Shown here in pieces: positions 1-7,974 of a stretch of 64,000 bases of DNA (position 1 is its first letter; each line of letters opens with the position of its first letter). The translations under genes were made by a program, and so were the position numbers. Location of the stretch: assembly GCA_024275165.1 (NCBI GenBank), contig JAJRZQ010000025.1, positions 50,519-114,518 of the forward strand, read 5' to 3'. Source of the stretch: a bacterium (GTDB lineage Bacteria > SAR324 > XYD2-FULL-50-16). The notes beneath the pieces were generated by a model. It saw only the letters and a program-made list of their open reading frames with translations, made no database searches and had not been told where the DNA came from.

Positions 1-331
1 CTAAAGAAACCGCCAGGGCAGAAGCCAACACAGGCTCAGACCCGAAGAGTTGAAAACAGGTCACCCCCACTAAGGCGGAGAAAAAATGCCCTCCCAAAAG
101 GTTTCTCGGTTGGGACAAGGGCGCCTCAATCGCCCCGTAGAGCAACACGGCAGAGGCGCCAAAACTCCCGATAATCATTACCAGGTCGTTGCTGGTCGCC
201 CAATTCCAATGCAAGGCGGCGACACAGGCAATCCCTAAAAAGCTCCCCAACCAGGACCAGAAAATTTCGATTTTAGGGATTCGCGGGGCACTCCGCCCGA
301 CTCCCTTCATTTTTTTTATATACTGCTTCAC
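1..331 (-). CDS. HPP family membrane protein (N-terminal part; runs off the window edge)
   Basis: Not in the ORF track. Manual translation from GTG at 331 (RBS-like AGAGGA upstream): MKQYIKKMKGVGRSAPRIPKIEIFWSWLGSFLGIACV...IIGSFGASAVLLYGAIEAPLSQPRNLLGGH. The SFGASAVLLY...PLSQPRN..GGH signature is typical of HPP proteins. Confidence 0.85.
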   Translation of the reverse strand, partial: MKQYIKKMKGVGRSAPRIPKIEIFWSWLGSFLGIACVAALHWNWATSNDLVMIIGSFGASAVLLYGAIEAPLSQPRNLLGGHFFSALVGVTCFQLFGSEPVLASALAVSL

Positions 332-353
332 CTAATTCCTCTTTGCAAATTGC

Positions 354-914
354 CTAGTCCGAGCTCCTCCTCGGCCCCTGACGCACCAATAAAACTCCGG
401 TCCAAAAAACCAGAAACATCAAAAAAACTGGGGCCGCCCACAACATAGCGACCCCGGTAGCCTGTTGTTGTTCTAAAGAAAAGCTCGCGCAAACCTGCAC
501 CGATGTTTGACTTAAAATCAACCCGTACATGCTCCACATGGCGATGCCATAGATTGCCGCGGCAATTTGCACGGGAAAGGCCAAAAGCGGCAAGCTCAAG
601 GCTAGTACCGCCCCAGATATCAAAAGACTCAAATGAGCCAAAAAATCAATCCCCTCTTGGGCTACCGCCAAATCCAAAGAACGAGGGACCATCCAAAACA
701 AAACCCCACCCCAGCCTAAAATCAGCAGACCCAAAGCATTGCCCGGCCCCCAAGAGAGGCGCAAAGGGCTGAAACGCACTCCCACAGCCCCTAAAATGAA
801 AAGCAAGGGGAACTGAATCAGCATCAAGCGACTCATGGAGTCATCCAGGTAGGGATCGAGAGGGGGGAACATCAACAGAGCTACGGTTAGCGCCCAAAAC
901 AATCGGCGAATCAT
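354..914 (-). CDS. Polytopic membrane protein, CtaG/DUF1404-like oxidase assembly factor (orf1 of norSY-senC-type clusters)
   Basis: The track ORF starts at 1055. The likely start is ATG 914 (MIRRLFWALT), which overlaps the SCO stop as ATGA. About 5 hydrophobic segments and a His in LAHLSLL. Confidence 0.6.
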   Translation of the reverse strand: MIRRLFWALTVALLMFPPLDPYLDDSMSRLMLIQFPLLFILGAVGVRFSPLRLSWGPGNALGLLILGWGGVLFWMVPRSLDLAVAQEGIDFLAHLSLLISGAVLALSLPLLAFPVQIAAAIYGIAMWSMYGLILSQTSVQVCASFSLEQQQATGVAMLWAAPVFLMFLVFWTGVLLVRQGPRRSSD

Positions 915-1543
915 AACCCCTCTTCCCGCAAGGCTGCCTGCAACACCTCCCAAGTGGGAACCTCGGCAAAAGATTGCGTGATCAACCCTTGGGGGTTGAT
1001 CAAAAAGGTTCGGTTGGTATGACGAAGCTGACCCTGAAGATCCAACTCGACCCAAGCGCCCATGGCTTTAAGTTGCTCCCAGTAGGCCTCCAGCCCGATG
1101 TCCTGAGGGCTGGCAAGCAGCCATTGCCGAGGCGAGCCATAGCCCTCCCACACCAGACGCAATAGTTTTACTGAATCCTGCTCCGGGTTTACCGTTAAGG
1201 TCAAGAGGGTTAGAGAGGTTTCTTTTTGCTCTTGCAGCTTTTGGTGCAACCCTTGATAAGCTTCGACCGCCAAGGGACAGGAGACCGAACAAGCGAGAAA
1301 ACCAATATTCAACAAATAAAAACGGCCTCTCAGTTGATCTAGGCGAAAGCCCCTCCCCTGATGATCCAAAAACCATAAAAGGGGAGGGAGCCTGGGCAAG
1401 GGCTCGGCAGCTTGAAACACAAATTCGTCGGTGGTAAAGGCCTTAAAACCCAAAGTCCACCAAGAAAGCCCCCCCCAGATCAGCCCTAAGGCAACCAGGG
1501 GGGCGGCTCCCAATTTGAAAAAAAGCCCTAGTTGCCTGACCAT
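911..1543 (-). CDS. senC: SCO1/SenC family copper chaperone
   Basis: N-terminal TM helix, CxxxC motif (ACSVSCP), conserved His in HTNRTFLINPQG, TVNPEQDS motif. Confidence 0.85.
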   Translation of the reverse strand: MVRQLGLFFKLGAAPLVALGLIWGGLSWWTLGFKAFTTDEFVFQAAEPLPRLPPLLWFLDHQGRGFRLDQLRGRFYLLNIGFLACSVSCPLAVEAYQGLHQKLQEQKETSLTLLTLTVNPEQDSVKLLRLVWEGYGSPRQWLLASPQDIGLEAYWEQLKAMGAWVELDLQGQLRHTNRTFLINPQGLITQSFAEVPTWEVLQAALREEGL

Positions 1544-2967
1544 GCCTGCTTGACGCCTTTAAAGACGGCAATGTAATAGGCTATTGCCCCCACCGCGATC
1601 AAAAGGATAAACAAAGAGGCAATGCCTGCGGTCATTTGCCCTACCTGGGCGACCGACTTTATGGGAAGGGAGTCGTAATTCGCCATGCGGCGAGGCACAG
1701 ACTGAATTCCCCCAATAAAGAACATGGCGACAAAGCCAAAGCCGCCCAAAAGCAAGCTCCAGAGGCCAAAGCGAGCGAGCTTATCCTCTTTTGGCCCCAT
1801 CAGGTAATAAAGAACCGCCAAGATCATCAAGACCACACCGAGCAAAAAGTAGGTATGGAAGTGACCGGGAACCCATTGCGTGTTGTGCAAAACTTGGTTT
1901 AAACGAATGGTGGAGTCCACCACGGCGGCAAAACCGCCAACAATCCAACCCATGATCCCCAAGACAAAGGCCAGGGGAACAAAACTCCATTTCATGTCAG
2001 CGCGGTAAATCTGGGCGAAAACCCCAAAAATGGTCACCACGGTTGCCGGCACGGTACTCAAGTAAGAGGCGAACTGCCCGACATACTGCACCCAAACCGG
2101 TTGCCCGAAGTCAAAATAGAGGTGATGGAAGTAAGCGAGAAGAATCAAAAACAAGCTCGCGTTCCAAGAAAGGGCAATGATCTTGTTCATCTTCCAAGCG
2201 CGCCCCGAGTAGAGGGGCAGCATGGCATAAACCGCGGCAACCCCAAAATAAAGGGTGATATTCACTAAAGTATGGCCGAATAAAAAGACCATGTTTTTCA
2301 TCAACAGGGCATCAAACTCAAGCGCCGGATTGAGCCATTTCGCCAAGTAGAGCATGAGCATGATCGCGCCCACAACGGTGGTCAAGGCCCCTGCGATCAT
2401 GCTCACCGAAGTGATCACCACCATGGGGGGCAAGTCTTTTTCTTTGGGGTTTCCACTGAGATATCCCCAGCCCAGCCCCTCGGCAAAGCCATACCTTTTG
2501 GCAATGGCGCGGAGTACATCCAACTGCCCCAAAAGCCAAGCGACCCCTAAAAGCATTACGGAAATCACCGCGGTGCCCACCGCCCATTCGGGCCAAGTCT
2601 TGATAAAAGGCAAAGGATAAAGCACATACCAACCGGCCCCGAAGCGACCGATTAAGGTCGAGAGCATCAACCCCACCACCCCTAAAAGGATCAGGACATA
2701 ATTGAATTTAGCCAGCCCCAAACTCGGTTTCGTGTATTGGGATATGAGATACCAGACCCCAATATAGGCCGCTACATAAAGTACCCCTACCATTCCCAAC
2801 CCGTGCAGGGTCATTAAGGCATAAAAGAAGTCCGGGGGCAGATCCAGGGCTCCTGCTTGGTTGAGGCGCATGGTAAAACCCAAGAGTACCAGCACAAAGA
2901 ATACGACCAACCCCGTAATGGCGTATACAATCGCCAATCTTTTGGTCTGCAATTGATTCTCAGACAT
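1528..2967 (-). CDS. Heme-copper oxidase superfamily subunit I, probable sNOR-type nitric oxide reductase catalytic subunit (NorY-like)
   Basis: About 12 TM helices and all six His ligands (MTLHG, FGHTLVN, YFHHLY, GHFH). The H-x3-Y cross-link Tyr is replaced by Asn. Confidence 0.85.
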   Translation of the reverse strand: MSENQLQTKRLAIVYAITGLVVFFVLVLLGFTMRLNQAGALDLPPDFFYALMTLHGLGMVGVLYVAAYIGVWYLISQYTKPSLGLAKFNYVLILLGVVGLMLSTLIGRFGAGWYVLYPLPFIKTWPEWAVGTAVISVMLLGVAWLLGQLDVLRAIAKRYGFAEGLGWGYLSGNPKEKDLPPMVVITSVSMIAGALTTVVGAIMLMLYLAKWLNPALEFDALLMKNMVFLFGHTLVNITLYFGVAAVYAMLPLYSGRAWKMNKIIALSWNASLFLILLAYFHHLYFDFGQPVWVQYVGQFASYLSTVPATVVTIFGVFAQIYRADMKWSFVPLAFVLGIMGWIVGGFAAVVDSTIRLNQVLHNTQWVPGHFHTYFLLGVVLMILAVLYYLMGPKEDKLARFGLWSLLLGGFGFVAMFFIGGIQSVPRRMANYDSLPIKSVAQVGQMTAGIASLFILLIAVGAIAYYIAVFKGVKQAWSGN

Positions 2968-2988
2968 TTTTTTTCTCCTTTTGGATGC

Positions 2989-3537
2989 TTATAAAACGGT
3001 GAATTTAGAAGTCATGGACTGGTGTCCCATGCCGCAATATTCGAGACAGACTAAAAAATATTCACCCGGTTCATTAAAGGTATAATATAGCTTGGAAGGA
3101 TACCCCGGCATCGCTTGGGTCTGGATCAACAATTGCCCTTGGGAATTGTAGATGGCCAAGCCGTGGTTGACATCTTCGGAGCTGATTGAGAATTGCACCA
3201 ACTTCCCGGCGGGAACAGCGGTGGGGGCAATTTCGGTGGTGCCCGATAAGGCTTTGATCTCGGTGACTTCCCAGAACCACAGCTTTCCCTTTACGGTGAC
3301 CTCGTACGCTGGAGCCGCGCCCTCAGGCGGGAAGTAAGGCAAGCCCCGCAAGGTAGCAAAAAGAGTAATGAGAATGACCAGGGATAAAAATATAAAATAT
3401 TTGCCCCGCATGGCGTAAATGCCTGGGGTGACGGCCTCTGCCCTTTCAGGGCTGCGAGTCGAGCGAATCAACCAAAAGGTGATGCCAAAAATGGTCATCG
3501 TCCCAATGAGGGTTATGAGTCCTGCTTGCCAAGCCAT
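2989..3537 (-). CDS. CuA-containing subunit II (NorS-like) of the heme-copper enzyme
   Basis: Two N-terminal hydrophobic segments, a cupredoxin domain with DVNHG and the complete CuA motif CLEYCGMGHQSM. Confidence 0.9.
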   Translation of the reverse strand: MAWQAGLITLIGTMTIFGITFWLIRSTRSPERAEAVTPGIYAMRGKYFIFLSLVILITLFATLRGLPYFPPEGAAPAYEVTVKGKLWFWEVTEIKALSGTTEIAPTAVPAGKLVQFSISSEDVNHGLAIYNSQGQLLIQTQAMPGYPSKLYYTFNEPGEYFLVCLEYCGMGHQSMTSKFTVL

Positions 3538-3648
3538 AGTACCTACCTTTATTGTAGAAGCGTTAACAGAGGGGGAATGCTTTCACCCCGTTTCATTGTA
3601 TGCTGAGGCGATTTTGTTTACGATAGGGTGGTTGCCTCCAGCCCCCTA

Positions 3649-3671
3649 AAGATGCATTTAAATTACATCTT
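3649..3671. promoter_or_regulatory. NsrR operator (11-1-11 inverted repeat)
   Basis: AAGATGCATTT-A-AATTACATCTT closely matches the established NsrR consensus AAGATGYATTT-N-AAATRCATCTT. It lies between nsrR and the oxidase operon. Confidence 0.85.
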
Positions 3672-3685
3672 TTATAAAACAGGCT

Positions 3686-3699
3686 TCGATTTAAATCAA
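3686..3699. promoter_or_regulatory. FNR/DNR (CRP-FNR family) box
   Basis: TCGAT-TTAA-ATCAA, one mismatch from TTGAT-N4-ATCAA. Confidence 0.55.
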
Positions 3700-3705
3700 T
3701 ATGTA

Positions 3706-3716
3706 AAATGCATCTT
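3706..3716. promoter_or_regulatory. Perfect NsrR half-site (second, weaker operator)
   Basis: AAATGCATCTT is a consensus right half. The corresponding left half is degenerate. Confidence 0.5.
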
Positions 3717-3804
3717 TATGGACTTTGCCGAAGCCCGCTTGTTCATTTGTGAAAAATAGGCTATCCTGAATGAAAAAGGTTTCATTTACTACCCGCACAA
3801 AGCC

Positions 3805-4260
3805 ATGCGCATTACCAAACAATCCGATTACGCCTTGCGCGTACTCATGTACCTTTGTGCCTATCCAAAACGCTCTTGCACCATCAAGGAGATTTCCGAG
3901 AGCTTTGACATCTCCCAAAACCATTTAATGAAGGTCGTTCAGCATTTGGCGCAGCACGGCTTTGTCAAAACAATCCGGGGGAAAAACGGAGGGATTTGGC
4001 TCGGCCGGCCGGCAGAGCAAATTTTAGTGGGGGAGGTCTTACGCAAACTTGGCGAGGGGGATGATTTATTAGAATGTTTTAGAGAAGAAGACAGCTGTAA
4101 GATATCCCCCCTCTGCGCGTTGAAAAAAATCTTTAACCAGGCGAACGAAGCCTTTTTCAACGCGTTGAATCAATACAGTCTCGCTGACATCATTGGTGAT
4201 CGGGCAGCGATTTCCAACCTGCTGCAACGCTTGCCAAGCCCATGCAAGCTTGAGGCTTAA
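3805..4260 (+). CDS. nsrR: Rrf2-family NO-sensing repressor NsrR
   Basis: MRITKQSDYALR with Asp8, the SQNHLMKVVQHL helix, three Fe-S Cys (ECFREEDSCKISPLC), and an adjacent NsrR box. Confidence 0.85.
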   Translation: MRITKQSDYALRVLMYLCAYPKRSCTIKEISESFDISQNHLMKVVQHLAQHGFVKTIRGKNGGIWLGRPAEQILVGEVLRKLGEGDDLLECFREEDSCKISPLCALKKIFNQANEAFFNALNQYSLADIIGDRAAISNLLQRLPSPCKLEA

Positions 4261-4268
4261 AGGCGCCT

Positions 4269-5147
4269 CTACTCAATATTTTGCACCTGCTCTCTAAGCT
4301 TTTCAATCTCTACCTTTAGCTCTACCCCAATCTCTGCCACCTTGTGATGCCCCGCTTTAGAACAAAGCGTATTGGCCTCGCGGTTGAACTCTTGCAACAA
4401 AAAATCAAGCTTACGGCCTATCGGTACCTCTGCCGCCAGCAACTCGCCAAAGTGGGTTAAATGGGCACGGAAGCGCTCCAACTCTTCGGTGATGTCGCCT
4501 TTGTCGATAAAAATTCCCAGCTCTTGCAAAATTCTCGGGTCTTCTGGGTTCAACATCCCCCCAGCCTGCTCCACCGCGGTCGCCAGCCGCTTTTTATACA
4601 ACGCCGTGATTTCTTTTTTATAACCTGCGATGGGTTGAATCAAGCCCAGCATATGCCGCAATCGAGTCCGCATCTCTTGAGCTAAAAGCTCGCCCTCTCG
4701 AGAGCGCATGGCGACCATTTCTTTTGCCGCAGCGGCTAATGTCTTTTGAAAGAGCCTCTGCACCATGGCTTCATCCACCTCAGGCTGCTGATAGGTAAAA
4801 AGTCCCTTGACCTGTTGCAGGTCGGCCAGATTGAGTCGCAAGGGTTGGCCGATGCGCTCTTCCAGTTGCCCCTTGAGGGCTAAAAACCCACCCAACACCT
4901 TTTCGTCATAGGTTAATCGCTCTTCAACCTGCCCCTCAAAAGACAAGGTGATCTGTACATCCACCTTACCGCGGTGAATCCAAGAGCGGAGGTTTTTTTT
5001 AAATTCTTCCTCCCAGGGACTGTAGGCCTTGGGCATAAAAACCCTCACCTCGAAATGGCGGTGGTTGACGCTGCGCATCTCGACTTGGCACAGTAGCCCC
5101 GCTTGGCTGGTTTCGGCCTTGGCAAAGCCGGTCATGGATTTTATCAT
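4269..5147 (-). CDS. yicC: YicC/YloC family endoribonuclease
   Basis: Starts MIKSMTGF; contains EMRSVNHR, DITEEL.R, GRKLDFLLQEFNREANT..SK and EKLREQVQNIE. Confidence 0.92.
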   Translation of the reverse strand: MIKSMTGFAKAETSQAGLLCQVEMRSVNHRHFEVRVFMPKAYSPWEEEFKKNLRSWIHRGKVDVQITLSFEGQVEERLTYDEKVLGGFLALKGQLEERIGQPLRLNLADLQQVKGLFTYQQPEVDEAMVQRLFQKTLAAAAKEMVAMRSREGELLAQEMRTRLRHMLGLIQPIAGYKKEITALYKKRLATAVEQAGGMLNPEDPRILQELGIFIDKGDITEELERFRAHLTHFGELLAAEVPIGRKLDFLLQEFNREANTLCSKAGHHKVAEIGVELKVEIEKLREQVQNIE

Positions 5148-5181
5148 TTTATTCTCGTTTCTTGGCGTAAAGGGGTTGAGC

Positions 5182-7245
5182 CTAAGCCAGGCCTTGGGAC
5201 TTGCGTTTTTCATCAAAGCGCTTGCGCTGCGAGGGGTTCATCAACACCTCATAGGCCTCTCCGATCAAACGGGTCATGCGTTCCGACTCTTCTTTGACCC
5301 AGGCAAAGTTGGAGGTTTGATGTTTGTCGGGGTGATACTCTTTTAGTTTTTCCTTATAAGCCCGTTTGATCTCTTCGGGGCTCGCCTGCGCAGGTAGGGC
5401 GAGCAATTGGTAGTAATCGACAAAGTCGCCCTTTTTAGGGCGATAGGGCTCCGTTTTCGCCTCTTGCTGTTGTTGCTCTTTTTTCTCTTTTTGCGCCTCT
5501 TCTTGTTTTGCCTTGGCCTGTTGCGCTTTTTTACGCTCCGCTTCCGCTGTTTTCGCTGATTCTTTCCTCCCAGTGGGTTTTTTTCTTTTTTTGATTTCCT
5601 GAAAGCGTTGGCTCAGCTCTTGACTCAGTTTTTGCAACTCAAGGGTTAAACCGGAAAAATCCACTCCCTGGACTCGCGCCTTTCGTTGCAGGGCTTCCAA
5701 CTGGGCTTTGGTGGCTTGCCAAGTGGTGACAAACTCCCGTCGGCGGTCTGCCTCCAGGCATTTTTGCAGTTGGTTCGAAACCTGCGAAAAAAGGAGGATA
5801 AAGGCTTTGCGGGGGTCGGTTTGCCTGCTTTTTGTTCCTGGGGCAACAAAGGGACGCCCTGCCTGGAAGGCAAAAGAGAACAGGTGAATTTGCCTGGCCT
5901 TCAAATAGCGCGACCATAAAAAAAGCGCGAGGAGGGCGAAAAGAACCCAGAAAATACCTTGCAGCAGGCCTTTGCGCTCTCGCGCTTCGATCTGGGTTAA
6001 ATAGCGGGTCGCTTCCGCGTCTTTAGGGTACTTGGCCAACAGAGCCTTCAGCAAAACCTTGGCGGTTTCATCGCTCCCCTGATTAATCTGCTCCACCGCG
6101 CTTTTCAGTTTGTTGCTCGCGTCAACCTGGTTGTAAATTTCTCGTTGCAGTTTGCGGCTTAGAGCATAACTCGATGAGCTCAAGGGGACCTGGCCGATAT
6201 ACTTTAAAGCGGCCTGCCAATTTTTATTTTCCGCCTCCACGAAAGCGAGCTGATAATAATCGAGTTCCTCCGGCGTTGCTTTGCCACTGCTTTGAATCAT
6301 CCGTTCCAGCTTGCCGCCATCGTCATAGAGCCCCTCAAACCCCGTATAAAGGCGTTGATTCGCTGTTTGCCTCAAGGGGGCGCTGCGCCCTTGAGGCTGT
6401 AGGTTCTCAATCGAATGCAGGGAATACTTCACCCCTCGTTTTTGTTCTCCCTTTTGGTATAAGACCAAAAGGTTTTCTCCGCTTTCATCCAAGGCCATTG
6501 CTATGGGCCGCTGTCCCTTATGCCCAAGGTTTTGTTCTAGGGCGATCTCTTTTTTTAAGAGGTCCCAGCGGGCGAGGTGATCGGAGGCATCTAAACTGTA
6601 GAGGTTTTGCCCGTCCGGGCTGGCGGCGCCAATGAGGGTCTCTTGGTGTCCTTTTAAGCTTTGGGGGTGTTTTGCGTCTTGGGTATGAATCAGGGTTAAC
6701 TCTTTAGCGCCCTTGAACAGAACGATCAAGCGTCTGTCTTTTAAGGGAACCATACTCCGCACCGGCCTGGGCGGGTCTGCCGTAAAAACAGAGGATTGCT
6801 TTTGATTGTTTAAGTTGATGCTATCAATGCTGGCCCCGCGACTAAAAAAGACCTCGTTCCCCTCTTGGGAAAAACGAGCGTCTTGAATCGCCGGGCCATC
6901 GCTCCGCTGGAGTTGGTAGATTAATTGCGCCCCTGCCAGATCGAGTTCGTAGACCTCCAAGCGCTCTTTAGAGGCAAGGAGCAAACGCGTGGGTTTGCCT
7001 TTGGAAAACTCCACCGCGTTGGGCTGATCTCCAGAGGATTCCCAATGGGTCAACTCCGTCATCGCCCCGGTTTCCATCAGGCTATAGAGGTTGCGTTTCC
7101 CAAAGCGACTCACCTTTAAGAGTTGTTGCCCATCGGGGCTAAAGATAAAAAGCCCTGAGGGGCTTTCTGCCCAGGCAACGGTAGAAAGCGCCCACAACAA
7201 GGTTAGAGCCCAGAAGCTGATTTTAAATTTTTTGCAATTCCACAT
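5182..7245 (-). CDS. Membrane-anchored protein with signal peptide, beta-propeller-like and TPR-like regions, one TM helix, coiled coil and C-terminal J domain
   Basis: Probable start ATG 7245. Signal FWALTLLWALSTVAWA; WD-like repeats (LKGHQETLIGAA...SLDASDHLARWDL); TM GIFWVLFALLALFLW; J domain DYYQLL...IKRAYKEKLKEYHPDK...LIGEAYEVL. Confidence 0.7.
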   Translation of the reverse strand: MWNCKKFKISFWALTLLWALSTVAWAESPSGLFIFSPDGQQLLKVSRFGKRNLYSLMETGAMTELTHWESSGDQPNAVEFSKGKPTRLLLASKERLEVYELDLAGAQLIYQLQRSDGPAIQDARFSQEGNEVFFSRGASIDSINLNNQKQSSVFTADPPRPVRSMVPLKDRRLIVLFKGAKELTLIHTQDAKHPQSLKGHQETLIGAASPDGQNLYSLDASDHLARWDLLKKEIALEQNLGHKGQRPIAMALDESGENLLVLYQKGEQKRGVKYSLHSIENLQPQGRSAPLRQTANQRLYTGFEGLYDDGGKLERMIQSSGKATPEELDYYQLAFVEAENKNWQAALKYIGQVPLSSSSYALSRKLQREIYNQVDASNKLKSAVEQINQGSDETAKVLLKALLAKYPKDAEATRYLTQIEARERKGLLQGIFWVLFALLALFLWSRYLKARQIHLFSFAFQAGRPFVAPGTKSRQTDPRKAFILLFSQVSNQLQKCLEADRRREFVTTWQATKAQLEALQRKARVQGVDFSGLTLELQKLSQELSQRFQEIKKRKKPTGRKESAKTAEAERKKAQQAKAKQEEAQKEKKEQQQQEAKTEPYRPKKGDFVDYYQLLALPAQASPEEIKRAYKEKLKEYHPDKHQTSNFAWVKEESERMTRLIGEAYEVLMNPSQRKRFDEKRKSQGLA

Positions 7246-7921
7246 AATAAACAGGGAGGCCCTGGGATTTGAACAGCAATTCAAATTCAGTGGGAATATT
7301 CTCAATCTCGCTTTGGTGCAGGTCGTGACAAAGGTGAGACACCTCAAACCTAGAGTCGCCCTGCAAAAACTCCAAGCTGCTTTGGAAGTATTCTTGGTGG
7401 TCCGTTTTAAAGACAAAACGACCTTGGGACATTAAAAGCTGGTGAAGGGTTTCTAAAAAAGCAGGTTGGATCAAGCGATTTTTGCGATGCTTTTTTTTAG
7501 GCCAAGGGTCTGGGAAATTGACATGCAACAACTCGACCGAGCCCGGCCTAATCCATTCGGTGGCCACTTCGGCTAGGGAGCGAATCAAGCGTACATTGTT
7601 GATTTCTCCTTTTTTTAATTTTTTCGCCGCAAAGACCAAGCGCTTAAAGCGTAATTCAAACCCCAAAAATCTTTTTTCCGGATACCTTAAAGCGAATTGG
7701 CGTAAAAAATTACCGGAACCGCAACCGAGGTCAACCACCAAAGGGCCATGAAGAAACTCAATATTTTTTAAATCGCTCCGGGCGGATTCCACCCCGTCAA
7801 ACCAAATCAAATCCGCGTATTCAAAAATCCTGGTTGAATAGGGGTTTCGCTCCGGATTGAGTTTAAGTATCTCTGCCGGTTTTCTCAATTTACGAATCGG
7901 TTGCTTTTTTAAGGCGTCCAC
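7223..7921 (-). CDS. trmB: tRNA (guanine-N7)-methyltransferase
   Basis: VDLGCGSGNF SAM motif, FPDPWPKKKHRKNRL, FKTD, TEFE. Confidence 0.93.
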   Translation of the reverse strand: MDALKKQPIRKLRKPAEILKLNPERNPYSTRIFEYADLIWFDGVESARSDLKNIEFLHGPLVVDLGCGSGNFLRQFALRYPEKRFLGFELRFKRLVFAAKKLKKGEINNVRLIRSLAEVATEWIRPGSVELLHVNFPDPWPKKKHRKNRLIQPAFLETLHQLLMSQGRFVFKTDHQEYFQSSLEFLQGDSRFEVSHLCHDLHQSEIENIPTEFELLFKSQGLPVYYVELQKI

Positions 7922-7974
7922 AGTATTTTTATTTCCAGATTAAATCGACCCCATTGCCCAGGAGTTGGAAAAAA

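Noticed and set aside
1528-2967. Annotation as aerobic cytochrome c oxidase subunit I (cbb3/ba3/aa3)
   Set aside because: The cross-link Tyr is absent from both the helix VI and helix VII positions, and the regulatory context is NsrR.
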